64,000 nucleotides of DNA. Source: a virus. The notes below the pieces were generated by a model that saw nothing but the letters and a program-made list of their open reading frames with translations, was not told the DNA's origin and made no database searches. Numbering within the stretch: the first letter of the stretch is position 1; every line of letters starts with the position of its first letter. Positions 18,661-28,526 of the stretch are shown piece after piece. The stretch is taken from IMG/VR virus record IMGVR_UViG_3300045391_000819, positions 1-64,000 of that record. One strand, 5' to 3'. Made by a program: the position numbers and the translations under genes.

Positions 18661-19139
18661 TGAAAAAAGTTTTGTACTTCGCCTATGGGCGTAATATGTT
18701 AGCCGATGCCATCTATTGGAGAGTTGGTAAAACTAAGAAGACAGGCACGTTAACATTGACAGGTTATAAGCTCGTCTTTAATACAGGTAAATCAATTACC
18801 TATGCAAACATTGTAAAGGGCAGCGATACCGATAAGGTTGAGGGTGTGTTGTATGAGCTTAATGACCATCAGATTGAAATGCTTGACCGCTATGAAGGAT
18901 ACCCTAACAACTACCAGAAAAGATATTTTACTAATGAGAACAATGAAATAATCTTTGCATATGTATCAAGAGATAGTTGGTATGAGACTGATAAATTACC
19001 TCAGCGTTCTTATGTAATGGATTTATACAATGGCGCAAAAGAAAATAATTTAGAATTTACAAGAGAACTTCTTAAAAATTATCTTGCTGATGTATTGAAG
19101 AAGCCTCTTAAAGCAAAAAGAAAATGGATTGATTTATGA
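18660..19139 (+). CDS. gamma-glutamylcyclotransferase (GGCT/AIG2-like)
   Basis: YFAYGRNM, VEGVLYEL, LDRYEGYPNNY. Confidence 0.9.
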   Translation: MKKVLYFAYGRNMLADAIYWRVGKTKKTGTLTLTGYKLVFNTGKSITYANIVKGSDTDKVEGVLYELNDHQIEMLDRYEGYPNNYQKRYFTNENNEIIFAYVSRDSWYETDKLPQRSYVMDLYNGAKENNLEFTRELLKNYLADVLKKPLKAKRKWIDL

Positions 19140-19495
19140 AATTTTTTGTTTATGGCACACTTAAACGTGGTCGTGGTAATGACCATCGCTTAGGCAATGC
19201 AAAATTCTTGGGAGAGTTTGTTACTCCCAACAAATACACCATGCACTCGCTTGGTGCTTTTCCTGCTGTATCCTGCAAGGGTAAAAGTTCTATTCAAGGT
19301 GAAGTTTACGAGACTGATGACCCACGCATTATACAATCTTTATATCGACTTGAAGGTTACAGTGGAATTCCAACAAAGGATGGAGGTCACAATATGTACG
19401 ACCTTGAAACAATTGACACCCCTTACGGCGAAGCTAATATGTTTGTAATGAGGGGTAATGTACAGTATCCTACTGTTCCTTCTGGTAAATGGTAA
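19136..19495 (+). CDS. gamma-glutamylcyclotransferase (GGACT/AIG2-like)
   Basis: FFVYGTLKRG, FPAV, IQGEVYE, LYRLEGY. Confidence 0.9.
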   Translation: MKFFVYGTLKRGRGNDHRLGNAKFLGEFVTPNKYTMHSLGAFPAVSCKGKSSIQGEVYETDDPRIIQSLYRLEGYSGIPTKDGGHNMYDLETIDTPYGEANMFVMRGNVQYPTVPSGKW

Positions 19496-19512
19496 ACTTT
19501 AAATAATTTATT

Positions 19513-20775
19513 ATGTCAGAACTGGATAAATATATCAAGTTAAAAGCATCATCTAAAACGTCTACGGTAAATCTCGAACCACTAGATGTAGGACAATTTA
19601 ATGGAAAGGCTATTTATAAAGCGGATGATGAAAGGGTTGGTTATGTAATTAATACAAAAGCGACCAAGTCTGCAAAGATGGGTATTGATACCTATATGGT
19701 AAATGCTGGCGCAGATCAAGCAGTATGTTTTTATAAGACTGGCCCGAACTATCCAGATTCTTATTTGGTACGATTCTTTAGCCGTAAAGGATTTGTGAGT
19801 GCAGCTTATAATTTTCACTCGACTGATATTATGTATGCAGGGGATGAATATCAATCAGTAGGGGGTGCTATTAAACTTCATTCACTTTCAGCCGAGAAAA
19901 GAATTGAGGAAAATAAAAAGAAATATGCTGAGGAATTAGAGAAGATAAATAAGCTATTACAACCAGTCGAAGAACCATTTAGTCAGATTAATTTCCTTCG
20001 TTCTAATATGTTTAAGAGTACACGTCAGATATTGCAGATGGTATGTACAAATGATGATGGTGCGCTCTATAAATATAACCAGTATTATGGTGATAGGGTA
20101 GAGGATATGATTTTAGCCGAGTCAGATTGCGGAGATTTCCTGTTATATCTTCCTAGTCAATGGGTTAATGCCTGTGGATATATGGAGGAAAGGGTTAAGA
20201 TGTGGATTAACTTTGTTAACAGTCTTAATTTTGATGTTCAGGTTGATTACTTAGGTGCGCAGCCTCGTGAAGAATTTAAGGAATATCCATCTGAGAAAGA
20301 TTACATACATGGTGTGGATTTTGCTTCAGTTATAAATAAGAATGAGTTTTATCTCGTGAAGATTAATGCTTGCGAATGTGGCTCTATAAATTATTTTATC
20401 TTCAAGCTAATCATATCTTTATATCATCAGTATACAAGTCATATCCCCGGAATTGCAATGCAGATAAAGGATGAATTGGGCAACTTAATATCTGATTGGG
20501 ATGCGTTATTGTTGGCATTGAATACTGATCTAAATAATTACTTCACCGAAGTACGTCAGCATCATCATCCTCGACCAAGATATATAAATATATTTACCAA
20601 GAAAAATAATCCTGATGCTGTTCTTTCGAAACTTTCCGGCCCAAGAGTAAGGCTTCCGCAAATCTTTGCATGTCAGGAGTTTACGGTGGAAAAATCTACT
20701 ACTATTGATAAGGCTTATGCTGAAAAGGATTTTAGGAAAGTCTATGAACTATTCCGTTCTTCAAATAAGAGCTAA
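19513..20775 (+). CDS. uncharacterised protein of the ligase cluster
   Basis: 420 aa; C-terminal half resembles 22916-23656. Confidence 0.8.
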   Translation: MSELDKYIKLKASSKTSTVNLEPLDVGQFNGKAIYKADDERVGYVINTKATKSAKMGIDTYMVNAGADQAVCFYKTGPNYPDSYLVRFFSRKGFVSAAYNFHSTDIMYAGDEYQSVGGAIKLHSLSAEKRIEENKKKYAEELEKINKLLQPVEEPFSQINFLRSNMFKSTRQILQMVCTNDDGALYKYNQYYGDRVEDMILAESDCGDFLLYLPSQWVNACGYMEERVKMWINFVNSLNFDVQVDYLGAQPREEFKEYPSEKDYIHGVDFASVINKNEFYLVKINACECGSINYFIFKLIISLYHQYTSHIPGIAMQIKDELGNLISDWDALLLALNTDLNNYFTEVRQHHHPRPRYINIFTKKNNPDAVLSKLSGPRVRLPQIFACQEFTVEKSTTIDKAYAEKDFRKVYELFRSSNKS

Positions 20776-20788
20776 TTTTAATGGCCGC
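20769..20788 (+). promoter_or_regulatory. copy 5 of 20-bp motif
   Basis: GAGCTAATTTTAATGGCCGC. Confidence 0.6.
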
Positions 20789-20852
20789 AAGTAAATAAAA
20801 CAACTACATATTTTCAATTATTTATTCACAATTTTAAATTTGAAATCTCTTT

Positions 20853-21665
20853 ATGGACAAAAGAGTTAAAAACTGGAAGATTGGTGCTGATATTGAATTT
20901 TTCCTGAAAGACAAGCAAACAGGAGAAATCGTCAGTGCCGAAGGATTTGTTCAGGGGACAAAACACAATCCCTTCAACTTTGACAAGTCAAACAAATTCT
21001 TTGCAACATCGCTGGACAATGTTCTGGCTGAGGGTTGCATTCCGCCTATTGAGGCAGGGCCGACAGGGAATGAGAAATTTAAGCTATATATCCAAAAGTT
21101 AATAGCTTATTTCAATCATTCAATCCCAAGTCATTTGGTGGTTGCATCTGTGCCATCGGCTATCCTTGACCCGAAATGGCTTCAAACAGAAAATTCAAAG
21201 ACATTTGGTTGTGACCCTGACCTGTGTGTTTGGACAAAATCTGTTAATGAAAAGCCAACAGGTGTTAATGAAAACTTAAGGAGTGCAGGTGGTCATATCC
21301 ATATCGGTCATGATGACCCTGATAATATGGAAACAAATGAAGCCATTATAAAAGCAATGGATTTGTTTGTTGGTATTCCTTCGGTTTTACAAGAGCCTGA
21401 AAATGAGCGTAAATCATTGTATGGTAAAGCAGGATGTTTCCGCTTTAAAAACTATGGTGTTGAGTATCGCACAATAAGTAATTATTATGCAGGGGATGAT
21501 CGTCTGAGTGATTGGGTATATAATGCAACATCAAAAGCAATCGAAGCAGTGAATGAAGGAATGGATTTTGACCAATACAAAGAACGTATTCTTGACGCAA
21601 TCAATGGAAATAACAAAGTAATTGCAGGAAATCTTGTTCGTGAACTTGACCTTGAATTAGCATAA
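20853..21665 (+). CDS. phiEco32-like COOH.NH2 ligase type 2 (glutamine-synthetase fold)
   Basis: IGADIEFFL, DNVLAE, FGCDPD, LRSAGGHIHIG, YGKAGCFR.K.YGVEYRT.SN. Confidence 0.9.
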   Translation: MDKRVKNWKIGADIEFFLKDKQTGEIVSAEGFVQGTKHNPFNFDKSNKFFATSLDNVLAEGCIPPIEAGPTGNEKFKLYIQKLIAYFNHSIPSHLVVASVPSAILDPKWLQTENSKTFGCDPDLCVWTKSVNEKPTGVNENLRSAGGHIHIGHDDPDNMETNEAIIKAMDLFVGIPSVLQEPENERKSLYGKAGCFRFKNYGVEYRTISNYYAGDDRLSDWVYNATSKAIEAVNEGMDFDQYKERILDAINGNNKVIAGNLVRELDLELA

Positions 21666-21666
21666 C

Positions 21667-21963
21667 ATGGAAAAATTTAAAACAGACGAAGAGTTCAAAA
21701 ATTGGGCAATAGAACAAGTGGAAAATAACATTATAGTAAACAACTATCCGTGTCATATTTCTCATGTGTCAGAAGTTGCTACGGGTGGATGTGAATGGTG
21801 TGATAATACAACCAGAGTTATTGGTATAAGTGTACAACAAAATCTAAATGCTCCTTTATTTACTAAAGGACATAATAATTCTGGACACTATACAATTCAC
21901 GAAGACCCTGATTTTCATGCCCAAAGTGAATGGTTTGTATGTGGTAAATGTCCTGATTCTTAA
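21667..21963 (+). CDS. small zinc-ribbon-like protein
   Basis: CEWC...CGKC pairs. Confidence 0.6.
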   Translation: MEKFKTDEEFKNWAIEQVENNIIVNNYPCHISHVSEVATGGCEWCDNTTRVIGISVQQNLNAPLFTKGHNNSGHYTIHEDPDFHAQSEWFVCGKCPDS

Positions 21964-21972
21964 ATAAACAAA

Positions 21973-22911
21973 ATGAAACAAAAAATTATATTGACTGGTG
22001 CTAATGGCAGGCCGTCAGCACAAGCCGTATTTCCTATTCTTAAAACCAAACCAGTTCTGTTATATGACAGGAGAATAGGAGATAATGGAGAAATCTTCAG
22101 AGTATATGAAAACAATCTTCTTCTGAAGAACATGAAACGTGTACCATTCAACAAAGCATTCGTTAAAAATGCAATCATTATACGTTGGGCAAATGCAATT
22201 CAGCTCAACAATTCTGACAGCATTATTTATAATCAGGCATCTTCAATATCACAATCTTCCGTTAAAGGTAAGGCAAGAGAAATCATCGGTAAAGCAGGAG
22301 TGGATATTCCAAAACTTGTATCTCCTGAGAATTTTAAAAATGAGGATTTGCCAATCCTTGCTCGCCCTCGCACTCATATGAAGTGTCATGGTATGATACT
22401 TCTCGAAACAAAAGAAAAATTTATCGAACATTATAAGAGGCTTCATTCTAAAGGTTGGTATTATTCTCAAATGATTTGGAAGGATAAGGAAATAAGAATC
22501 CATGTGGCGCATGGTAAAGTTCTGCTTATCTGCGACAAAGCTAAGCCAAAGAATCCAAAGACTCTTGGGTGGGGTCATGCTGTAACCGATCAGGAATGGA
22601 AGGTAATTCCTTGGAGTGAATATGTATCGGTATGGTGTAAGAAAGCCTGTGATGCAGTAGAAGCTGTAGGTCTTGACTTTGGAGCAGTTGATTTGATTAT
22701 CAAAGGTAATAAAGCCTATGTACTTGAAGTAAATACGGGTGGTTGTCTGTCTGAAAGTGAGTATACCAGAAGCAGATATGCAATGTATTTCGATTGGCTC
22801 TTTAGAAGCGAAAAACGTAGAGAACATTGGAACTATAAAGAATTTAAATCCGGTCAATCTTTTGCATGGAAACAACATGAATTAACAGATCAAAAAGAAC
22901 CTGTAAAATAA
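21973..22911 (+). CDS. ATP-grasp peptide ligase (RimK/YheCD-like)
   Basis: IIRW.N, DIPKL, PILARP, EIRIHV, GLDFGAVDLI, YVLEVNT. Confidence 0.85.
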   Translation: MKQKIILTGANGRPSAQAVFPILKTKPVLLYDRRIGDNGEIFRVYENNLLLKNMKRVPFNKAFVKNAIIIRWANAIQLNNSDSIIYNQASSISQSSVKGKAREIIGKAGVDIPKLVSPENFKNEDLPILARPRTHMKCHGMILLETKEKFIEHYKRLHSKGWYYSQMIWKDKEIRIHVAHGKVLLICDKAKPKNPKTLGWGHAVTDQEWKVIPWSEYVSVWCKKACDAVEAVGLDFGAVDLIIKGNKAYVLEVNTGGCLSESEYTRSRYAMYFDWLFRSEKRREHWNYKEFKSGQSFAWKQHELTDQKEPVK

Positions 22912-22915
22912 GTTT

Positions 22916-23656
22916 ATGGAAAAAACAAAAGACGCTCCAAAAAAGCGTATGCTACCAAGAAAGAATTTGGTAGTGCCCGAAGTAAATAGGTGTAACTCAG
23001 TTCAAGCCTACTACAGTGAGGGGAGTGGAAATTTAGCAAAATCAGCTACTTCAACAGACTGTATGGGTAGTTGTTTTAACAGTATATCACTGGCAAAACA
23101 GCAAAAATCCAATTGGAATGTTAGACTCTTTGTGCATACAATGCACGGATTATCCAAGAAGGATGTTGAGCATTGGGTAATGTTTATAAATAGGTGTGGT
23201 TTCAAATGTACATTTGAAGAAGTTGAAGGAGTTGTTGGTACGATTGTGTTCAAAGGTAAAGATTATGTCAGCTATTCTCATCAGAAATTAGGTATCACAG
23301 CAGCAAGATATATATGTATGCACTACAATAAAGCCTATGAAGAAATAGCGCATCTTGCTACGACACTATATGAACAGTTCGAAGAACTTGATGCGTATCA
23401 AGCACTCATTCTTGCCCACTACGGACAATCTGCTCAGGGATATTTTGATTCAGGTCATGCTATTGTAAGATTTAGTTATGGTTGTCCTAAATTAATAACT
23501 AGAGAAGAGATGCTTGAACGTGTGAAAAGTCAGCCAAACGCCAATATAAATGACATTTGTACTTTATATGATAACACAATTAATCAACGTACAATGTTTG
23601 GATATGCCATTAAAGGAGAGTGGGAAAAAATAATTAAAAAGTTAACAAATGGATAA
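22916..23656 (+). CDS. uncharacterised protein of the ligase cluster
   Basis: 246 aa; shares V..W..F.N...F and ALILA motifs with 19513-20775. Confidence 0.8.
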   Translation: MEKTKDAPKKRMLPRKNLVVPEVNRCNSVQAYYSEGSGNLAKSATSTDCMGSCFNSISLAKQQKSNWNVRLFVHTMHGLSKKDVEHWVMFINRCGFKCTFEEVEGVVGTIVFKGKDYVSYSHQKLGITAARYICMHYNKAYEEIAHLATTLYEQFEELDAYQALILAHYGQSAQGYFDSGHAIVRFSYGCPKLITREEMLERVKSQPNANINDICTLYDNTINQRTMFGYAIKGEWEKIIKKLTNG

Positions 23657-24317
23657 AAGTAAAGCCCTCGTCAAAGTTCCAAAATTAAAGGTTCATGTGG
23701 TTGGTTCAGCAATTGACGATGCTGATTGGATTGAAAATTCAGAATACGAACCTGATATTTTTAAGGCACAACTTGTAGTATTTACAGGTGGTGCAGATGT
23801 GTCACCTGCCTTCTATGGTGAACCGAAGCATCCTAAGACCAGTTGTGCTGCATATAGAGACTATGAAGAATCTGCTGCATTTGAAACTGCAAATGCACAC
23901 AGGATTCCTATGTTAGGTATATGCAGAGGAGCACAGTTGGTATGTGCTTTGAGTGGTGGAAGGTTGATTCAACATCAGGAAAATCCTTATTCACGACATC
24001 CTATCCTTACGATTGATGGTTCGGAATACATCATGACTTCCTGCCATCATCAAGCTATGTTCCCCTATGAAATGGGTAAAGACCAGTATAAGGTACTAGG
24101 TTGGACAGAAGGAATGTCAAAAATCCATCAAGACGGTGAAGGAAAAGAGATTTCAGATAAACCTTTCAGAGAGGTTGAAGTGGCGTACTTCCCTAAAACG
24201 CAAGCCCTTGGTATTCAAGGCCATCCTGAATGGCTACATGAAAGGGACAAGAGAGATGCAAAAACTCTCGAATATTGTAACGAGTTAGTAACCAATCTTT
24301 TAAATAAAAAACTATAG
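23649..24317 (+). CDS. class I glutamine amidotransferase-like / peptidase C26
   Basis: FTGGADV, GICRGAQ, TSCHHQAM, GIQGHPE. Confidence 0.9.
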   Translation: MDKSKALVKVPKLKVHVVGSAIDDADWIENSEYEPDIFKAQLVVFTGGADVSPAFYGEPKHPKTSCAAYRDYEESAAFETANAHRIPMLGICRGAQLVCALSGGRLIQHQENPYSRHPILTIDGSEYIMTSCHHQAMFPYEMGKDQYKVLGWTEGMSKIHQDGEGKEISDKPFREVEVAYFPKTQALGIQGHPEWLHERDKRDAKTLEYCNELVTNLLNKKL

Positions 24318-24318
24318 T

Positions 24319-26373
24319 ATGTTTACAGTAGTATTAGTCTTGCTTCTGTTACACACTTTATTGTTTAAAGCCAAGCCCGGAGTATTATGCTGTGGGCTAT
24401 TCGGTGGGAGTTTCAATGAACCTATAACTGGTAAAATACTTCATCGTCTTAAGACGCTTGGGTTTTTTAATCAGCAGAGGGGAGAAGATTCCTGTGGAAT
24501 ATATAATGGTGATGAGCTTCTTAAAGGTGTGGACGCAAACAAGAAATTTTATAATTTTGTTGTTAACGTTGGGATTCCTCCTAATAAAGGAAAGAATAAT
24601 GTTTTCATAGGACATACCAGACGTGCAACTATGGGAGTTCATAGTGCTGAGAATGCACACCCATACAACATCGACAACAAACTGATCTTCGCACACAACG
24701 GTAAGATTGAAAATGCTTGGCCTTTGTGTAGAGAGAACGACATTGAAACGATGCCTTTAAATGTGGATTCCCAAGGTCTTGGACATCTCCTAGCAAAGGT
24801 TGGCCCAAAAATTCTGGCTGAATACAAAGGATATGCAGCAATTCTTGCTCACGATTTGAGTAAGCAGGGAGTATTGTATGCGTATCATGGAGCATCAAAG
24901 GAATTTAAATCGGATCAACTTCCAAGAGAAGAGAGGCCACTATTTTTCATGGAAACCCCTGAAGGATTTTATTTCTCTTCAATGGAAGAAGCATTGTTAT
25001 TCATCAAAGATGAGAACGATAATAAACCGATTACAGTTCCACACAACATTCTCTTTACATTCAAAAATGGTAAGGTAATTAAACAGAGTAAGAAGATTGA
25101 CAGAGAAGAGAAGAATGTGTATGTGTATGAAGCTCCTGTTCAGACAAAGACAGTGTATCAATCTCATTCGGAGACTACAAACTCCAAGATTGCGAGAGCA
25201 TGGGGAGGTTGTGGATACAATAGGATTACTACGTCAACAGAAGAGAAGCCTTATCTCAATATATCTTTGGAAAATCTGCCTAAAGAATTTGTTGATCGTG
25301 AGAGAATATATTATTATAGAAACCGTTACTGGATAAATACCGAAAAATGTAATGGTTCTTTAACAGTAAATTCAGAAGGTAAAGTTGTAAAGGATACAGA
25401 TACAGCCATTAAGAGGACAACTATGTACTTCTATAAAGGTATCTACCTGAAGGGAGATAAAGAATACAAGTTGATTCACAGACAGTTACAAAACGTCGAG
25501 TCTGATTTGATGAAAACCATAAGTTATCCAAACAGAAACTTTGCTAAACTGATGAGTAAATGGTCTAAATATCCTATTACAAACATAGATCAGGAATCCA
25601 GTGCTGTGGATGAGGAATTTAGAAAGAGATTCTATCATAATGAAAAAGAGGTTGGAGCAGAATCAATAAGACCTATCTTCTCAGAAAGGATATACACCTA
25701 TAAAGAAGGTAGGCTCACAAGTGTGACTACTGGAGGTACGTCAGACGAAAAGTTTTTTCTCGACCCCTCTCCCAAAAGCGGAGGCGAAGAAGAAAAAGGA
25801 AACGGACTTGGCGGAGGAGTTCAGGGAACTGGATCGGAGGATGAGAAAAGCAAGAAGAGCGCGGACGAGAAAAGACGTGCTTTGGTTAGTGATATTTGTG
25901 CTCGTTTACGCTTGGATAAAGTTTCACCAGACTTAGAGAGAGCCATAGCTTTGTTCTATACCAAATATGAAAATCTGGTTCAATTAAAAGCAGCAATGCT
26001 AGGGATAGGGAATCAAGTAGCAAAACTCTATTGTATAGATGTGATGCAAACTCTTTGCGGTCAATCTAATCCGAGAGAATCAATTGTATTCGATGCAATG
26101 GAGGAACTATATAAGCAAGCAATCTATGAGAAGGTTCCACTTGCTGAATTGATGGAAGATGGTATCGAAGACCCTGAATATTACATAGGAGAAATCCTTG
26201 AGAATTGGGATTTTCAGGATGAGCCTATTGATGCAACGTTCGAAGATTTAATTGAAGTAGTTCCAACCGAAAGTTTTGAACCACCGTTTGACCCAACTGT
26301 ACCTGTTGTAATAAAGGCTACACCTGTACAACAAACTGACATCTTTAAAAACTTCGATAAAAAAAAAGACTAA
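24319..26373 (+). CDS. class II (Ntn) glutamine amidotransferase-domain protein with hydrophobic N-terminal leader
   Basis: CGLFG, RGEDSCG, IGHTR.AT.G....NAHP, FAHNG.I.N, VDS. Confidence 0.85.
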   Translation: MFTVVLVLLLLHTLLFKAKPGVLCCGLFGGSFNEPITGKILHRLKTLGFFNQQRGEDSCGIYNGDELLKGVDANKKFYNFVVNVGIPPNKGKNNVFIGHTRRATMGVHSAENAHPYNIDNKLIFAHNGKIENAWPLCRENDIETMPLNVDSQGLGHLLAKVGPKILAEYKGYAAILAHDLSKQGVLYAYHGASKEFKSDQLPREERPLFFMETPEGFYFSSMEEALLFIKDENDNKPITVPHNILFTFKNGKVIKQSKKIDREEKNVYVYEAPVQTKTVYQSHSETTNSKIARAWGGCGYNRITTSTEEKPYLNISLENLPKEFVDRERIYYYRNRYWINTEKCNGSLTVNSEGKVVKDTDTAIKRTTMYFYKGIYLKGDKEYKLIHRQLQNVESDLMKTISYPNRNFAKLMSKWSKYPITNIDQESSAVDEEFRKRFYHNEKEVGAESIRPIFSERIYTYKEGRLTSVTTGGTSDEKFFLDPSPKSGGEEEKGNGLGGGVQGTGSEDEKSKKSADEKRRALVSDICARLRLDKVSPDLERAIALFYTKYENLVQLKAAMLGIGNQVAKLYCIDVMQTLCGQSNPRESIVFDAMEELYKQAIYEKVPLAELMEDGIEDPEYYIGEILENWDFQDEPIDATFEDLIEVVPTESFEPPFDPTVPVVIKATPVQQTDIFKNFDKKKD

Positions 26374-26426
26374 TCCCGCTGAGTGGGGACTCAGGTTTTA
26401 AAAAATTAAATAATACGGAGGGTAAA

Positions 26427-26702
26427 ATGTTCGAAACAGAAAGAGAACGTCAGGATAAAGAAGCTATTGCCGTTCTCAAAAGTGTTGTCGAGTATCTTGA
26501 TGACACAAGAGACGAAGCATCCAGACTTAACCGACTTGAAATTTCTCCCTTTGCAGAAAAGGCAGCAGAAATAATGTTCAAAGGGTTGGATGATATTAAA
26601 AATCAGCTAATTGATTTAGCTAAACTTCATAAATTCAATGTACTCAGTACTGAAATTAAGCGTTCTATGTCTTCTGCTCCCAACCGGAATTCCGTATATT
26701 AA
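26427..26702 (+). CDS. hypothetical helical protein
   Basis: 91-aa ORF with upstream GGAGG. Confidence 0.6.
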   Translation: MFETERERQDKEAIAVLKSVVEYLDDTRDEASRLNRLEISPFAEKAAEIMFKGLDDIKNQLIDLAKLHKFNVLSTEIKRSMSSAPNRNSVY

Positions 26703-26814
26703 GATTTTTAGGGCAAGAATCAGAGGTTTTCCTGATGATTTTAGGCAACTTCTAAGGGATACTAAGAAGTCATATATAAATATAAAACGTAATTTGATTA
26801 TTAAATACTATCAC

Positions 26815-28323
26815 ATGAACACGATGGTTTATTATTCAGACGATCCTAATCTTGGAATTAAAACAGTTACTACATTCTCTGGTAACAAGGAATATAGAAA
26901 GAACTGTAAAAAGATTAAGGATAATTACTATGTAATCAACAAGGAATGTTTTCTTATTGGTGACACATGGTATAGGATTGACTCTGGATTAATTGCAAAA
27001 GACTATGAGAAAGGGGATTGGTTTCTGACAAAGAATAGACCTAAAGATGTGGTGCAGGGATATGTAGATATGGAGCATAAGATATTGGGATTCTTTACCA
27101 GAAATCCATATAAGAATGTAATTATTGCATCCGGTAGCATGTATGTTTTTGATGAGGAGACTGCTGTTAAGGGTGGATATGTTGAGGATAAGTCAACAGG
27201 GAAATTCATCAGGAAAGGAGATGCAACCGATAAGATATATAATTCTCTTGACCATACTCATAAAGGATATAACATTGAGGATAATAAGGAAGAGTATCCG
27301 GCTAAGGTAAAACTGTATAATGAGTATCCTACTCAGATACTGGATGATATAAGGAATTATGCAGTTATGTTGGGAGATACTACATTTGGAGCAGAGCTTG
27401 AATGTCAGAAGGGATATTTACCAGATTATCTTCAGGCAAGAATGGGAGTAGTGGTGTGTCGTGATGGTTCATTGAAGGATGAGAATGGTAGACCCGGCCC
27501 TGAGTTTGTGACAATTCCTTTGAGTGGAGAGAAGGGACTCCAGACATTAGTGGATATATGTAAAGCATTGTCAATTAGGACAGAGATAGGTCTTAACTGT
27601 TCGCTTCACTTGCATTTGGGAAATATAAACACAGATAAAAGATTTATGGTTGGTTTATACAGGCTATGTCACAAGATTCAAAATGAAATTTTCCAGATGT
27701 TCCCGTATTATAAAGCTAATCCAGATGGCATCAAGCATAAAAATTATAATCAGAAACTTCCTACCTTACAGATTTATACATGTACTGATGAAGATAAAAA
27801 AGGATTGACAAAATTTATCGACGAATCATATCGAAAAATCTTTATGTGGCTTGCTGAGGGTGCATTGGAGCCAGAAAAGAATTCCAGTCGTAAGGTTTAT
27901 AAACATCCTCACCCTAACAAATGGGAGAGACACGCAAGATATTATTGGATGAACTCAATGAATGTTATATTCTCTGAACGTAATACAATTGAGTTCAGGT
28001 TGCATACACCAACCACAAATGCCCAAAAGGTATTTAACTGGTTGTTTATCTGTAATGCAATTGTGAGGTTTGCAGAAGAACATGCAGAGGAAATCATAAC
28101 AAGCAGGAAGAGAATAAGAATGTCAGAAATCCTGAATTATTATGCTTCCAAGTTCGGAGATAAAGGAGTAGAGCTGTCAGAATATCTGATTGGGTATGTA
28201 CGTTCCCGTAAGGATTCGTTCTATTGTGATTATCAAAAGGGTAACTATGTGAGTGAATGGGATATTACGCAAGATAAGCAGTACGTTTTTCCATTTAAAG
28301 GAATCGAAAATATATTCAAATGA
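26815..28323 (+). CDS. putative amidoligase (Amidoligase_2-like); start moved to MNTMVYY
   Basis: TFGAELE, DGSL, EFVT.PL, CSLHLHLG, N.MN......TIEFR.H. Confidence 0.85.
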   Translation: MNTMVYYSDDPNLGIKTVTTFSGNKEYRKNCKKIKDNYYVINKECFLIGDTWYRIDSGLIAKDYEKGDWFLTKNRPKDVVQGYVDMEHKILGFFTRNPYKNVIIASGSMYVFDEETAVKGGYVEDKSTGKFIRKGDATDKIYNSLDHTHKGYNIEDNKEEYPAKVKLYNEYPTQILDDIRNYAVMLGDTTFGAELECQKGYLPDYLQARMGVVVCRDGSLKDENGRPGPEFVTIPLSGEKGLQTLVDICKALSIRTEIGLNCSLHLHLGNINTDKRFMVGLYRLCHKIQNEIFQMFPYYKANPDGIKHKNYNQKLPTLQIYTCTDEDKKGLTKFIDESYRKIFMWLAEGALEPEKNSSRKVYKHPHPNKWERHARYYWMNSMNVIFSERNTIEFRLHTPTTNAQKVFNWLFICNAIVRFAEEHAEEIITSRKRIRMSEILNYYASKFGDKGVELSEYLIGYVRSRKDSFYCDYQKGNYVSEWDITQDKQYVFPFKGIENIFK

Positions 28324-28520
28324 GTAAAGGTTATAGGAAAAGAAGAACTAGGAAACAAACAGTCAAATCAGCTCGTAAACAAGCCAAACTAGGATATGGG
28401 GAAACAAATAAGAACATTAACACTTTACGTAAATTGGAACAAGCCAAAGAAGAGGAAAGAAATACAAATATTAACTTGTTATTAACAAATAATTTAGTAT
28501 GTTTGCTCCTTAATTCATAA
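28320..28520 (+). CDS. small basic protein
   Basis: 66 aa, K/R-rich. Confidence 0.5.
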   Translation: MSKGYRKRRTRKQTVKSARKQAKLGYGETNKNINTLRKLEQAKEEERNTNINLLLTNNLVCLLLNS

Positions 28521-28526
28521 GGAGTT

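Noticed and set aside
22249-22878. 209-aa minus-strand ORF and many other antisense ORFs in the track (e.g. 5898-6272, 61601-61936)
   Set aside because: They shadow well-supported genes on the opposite strand and show no recognisable motifs
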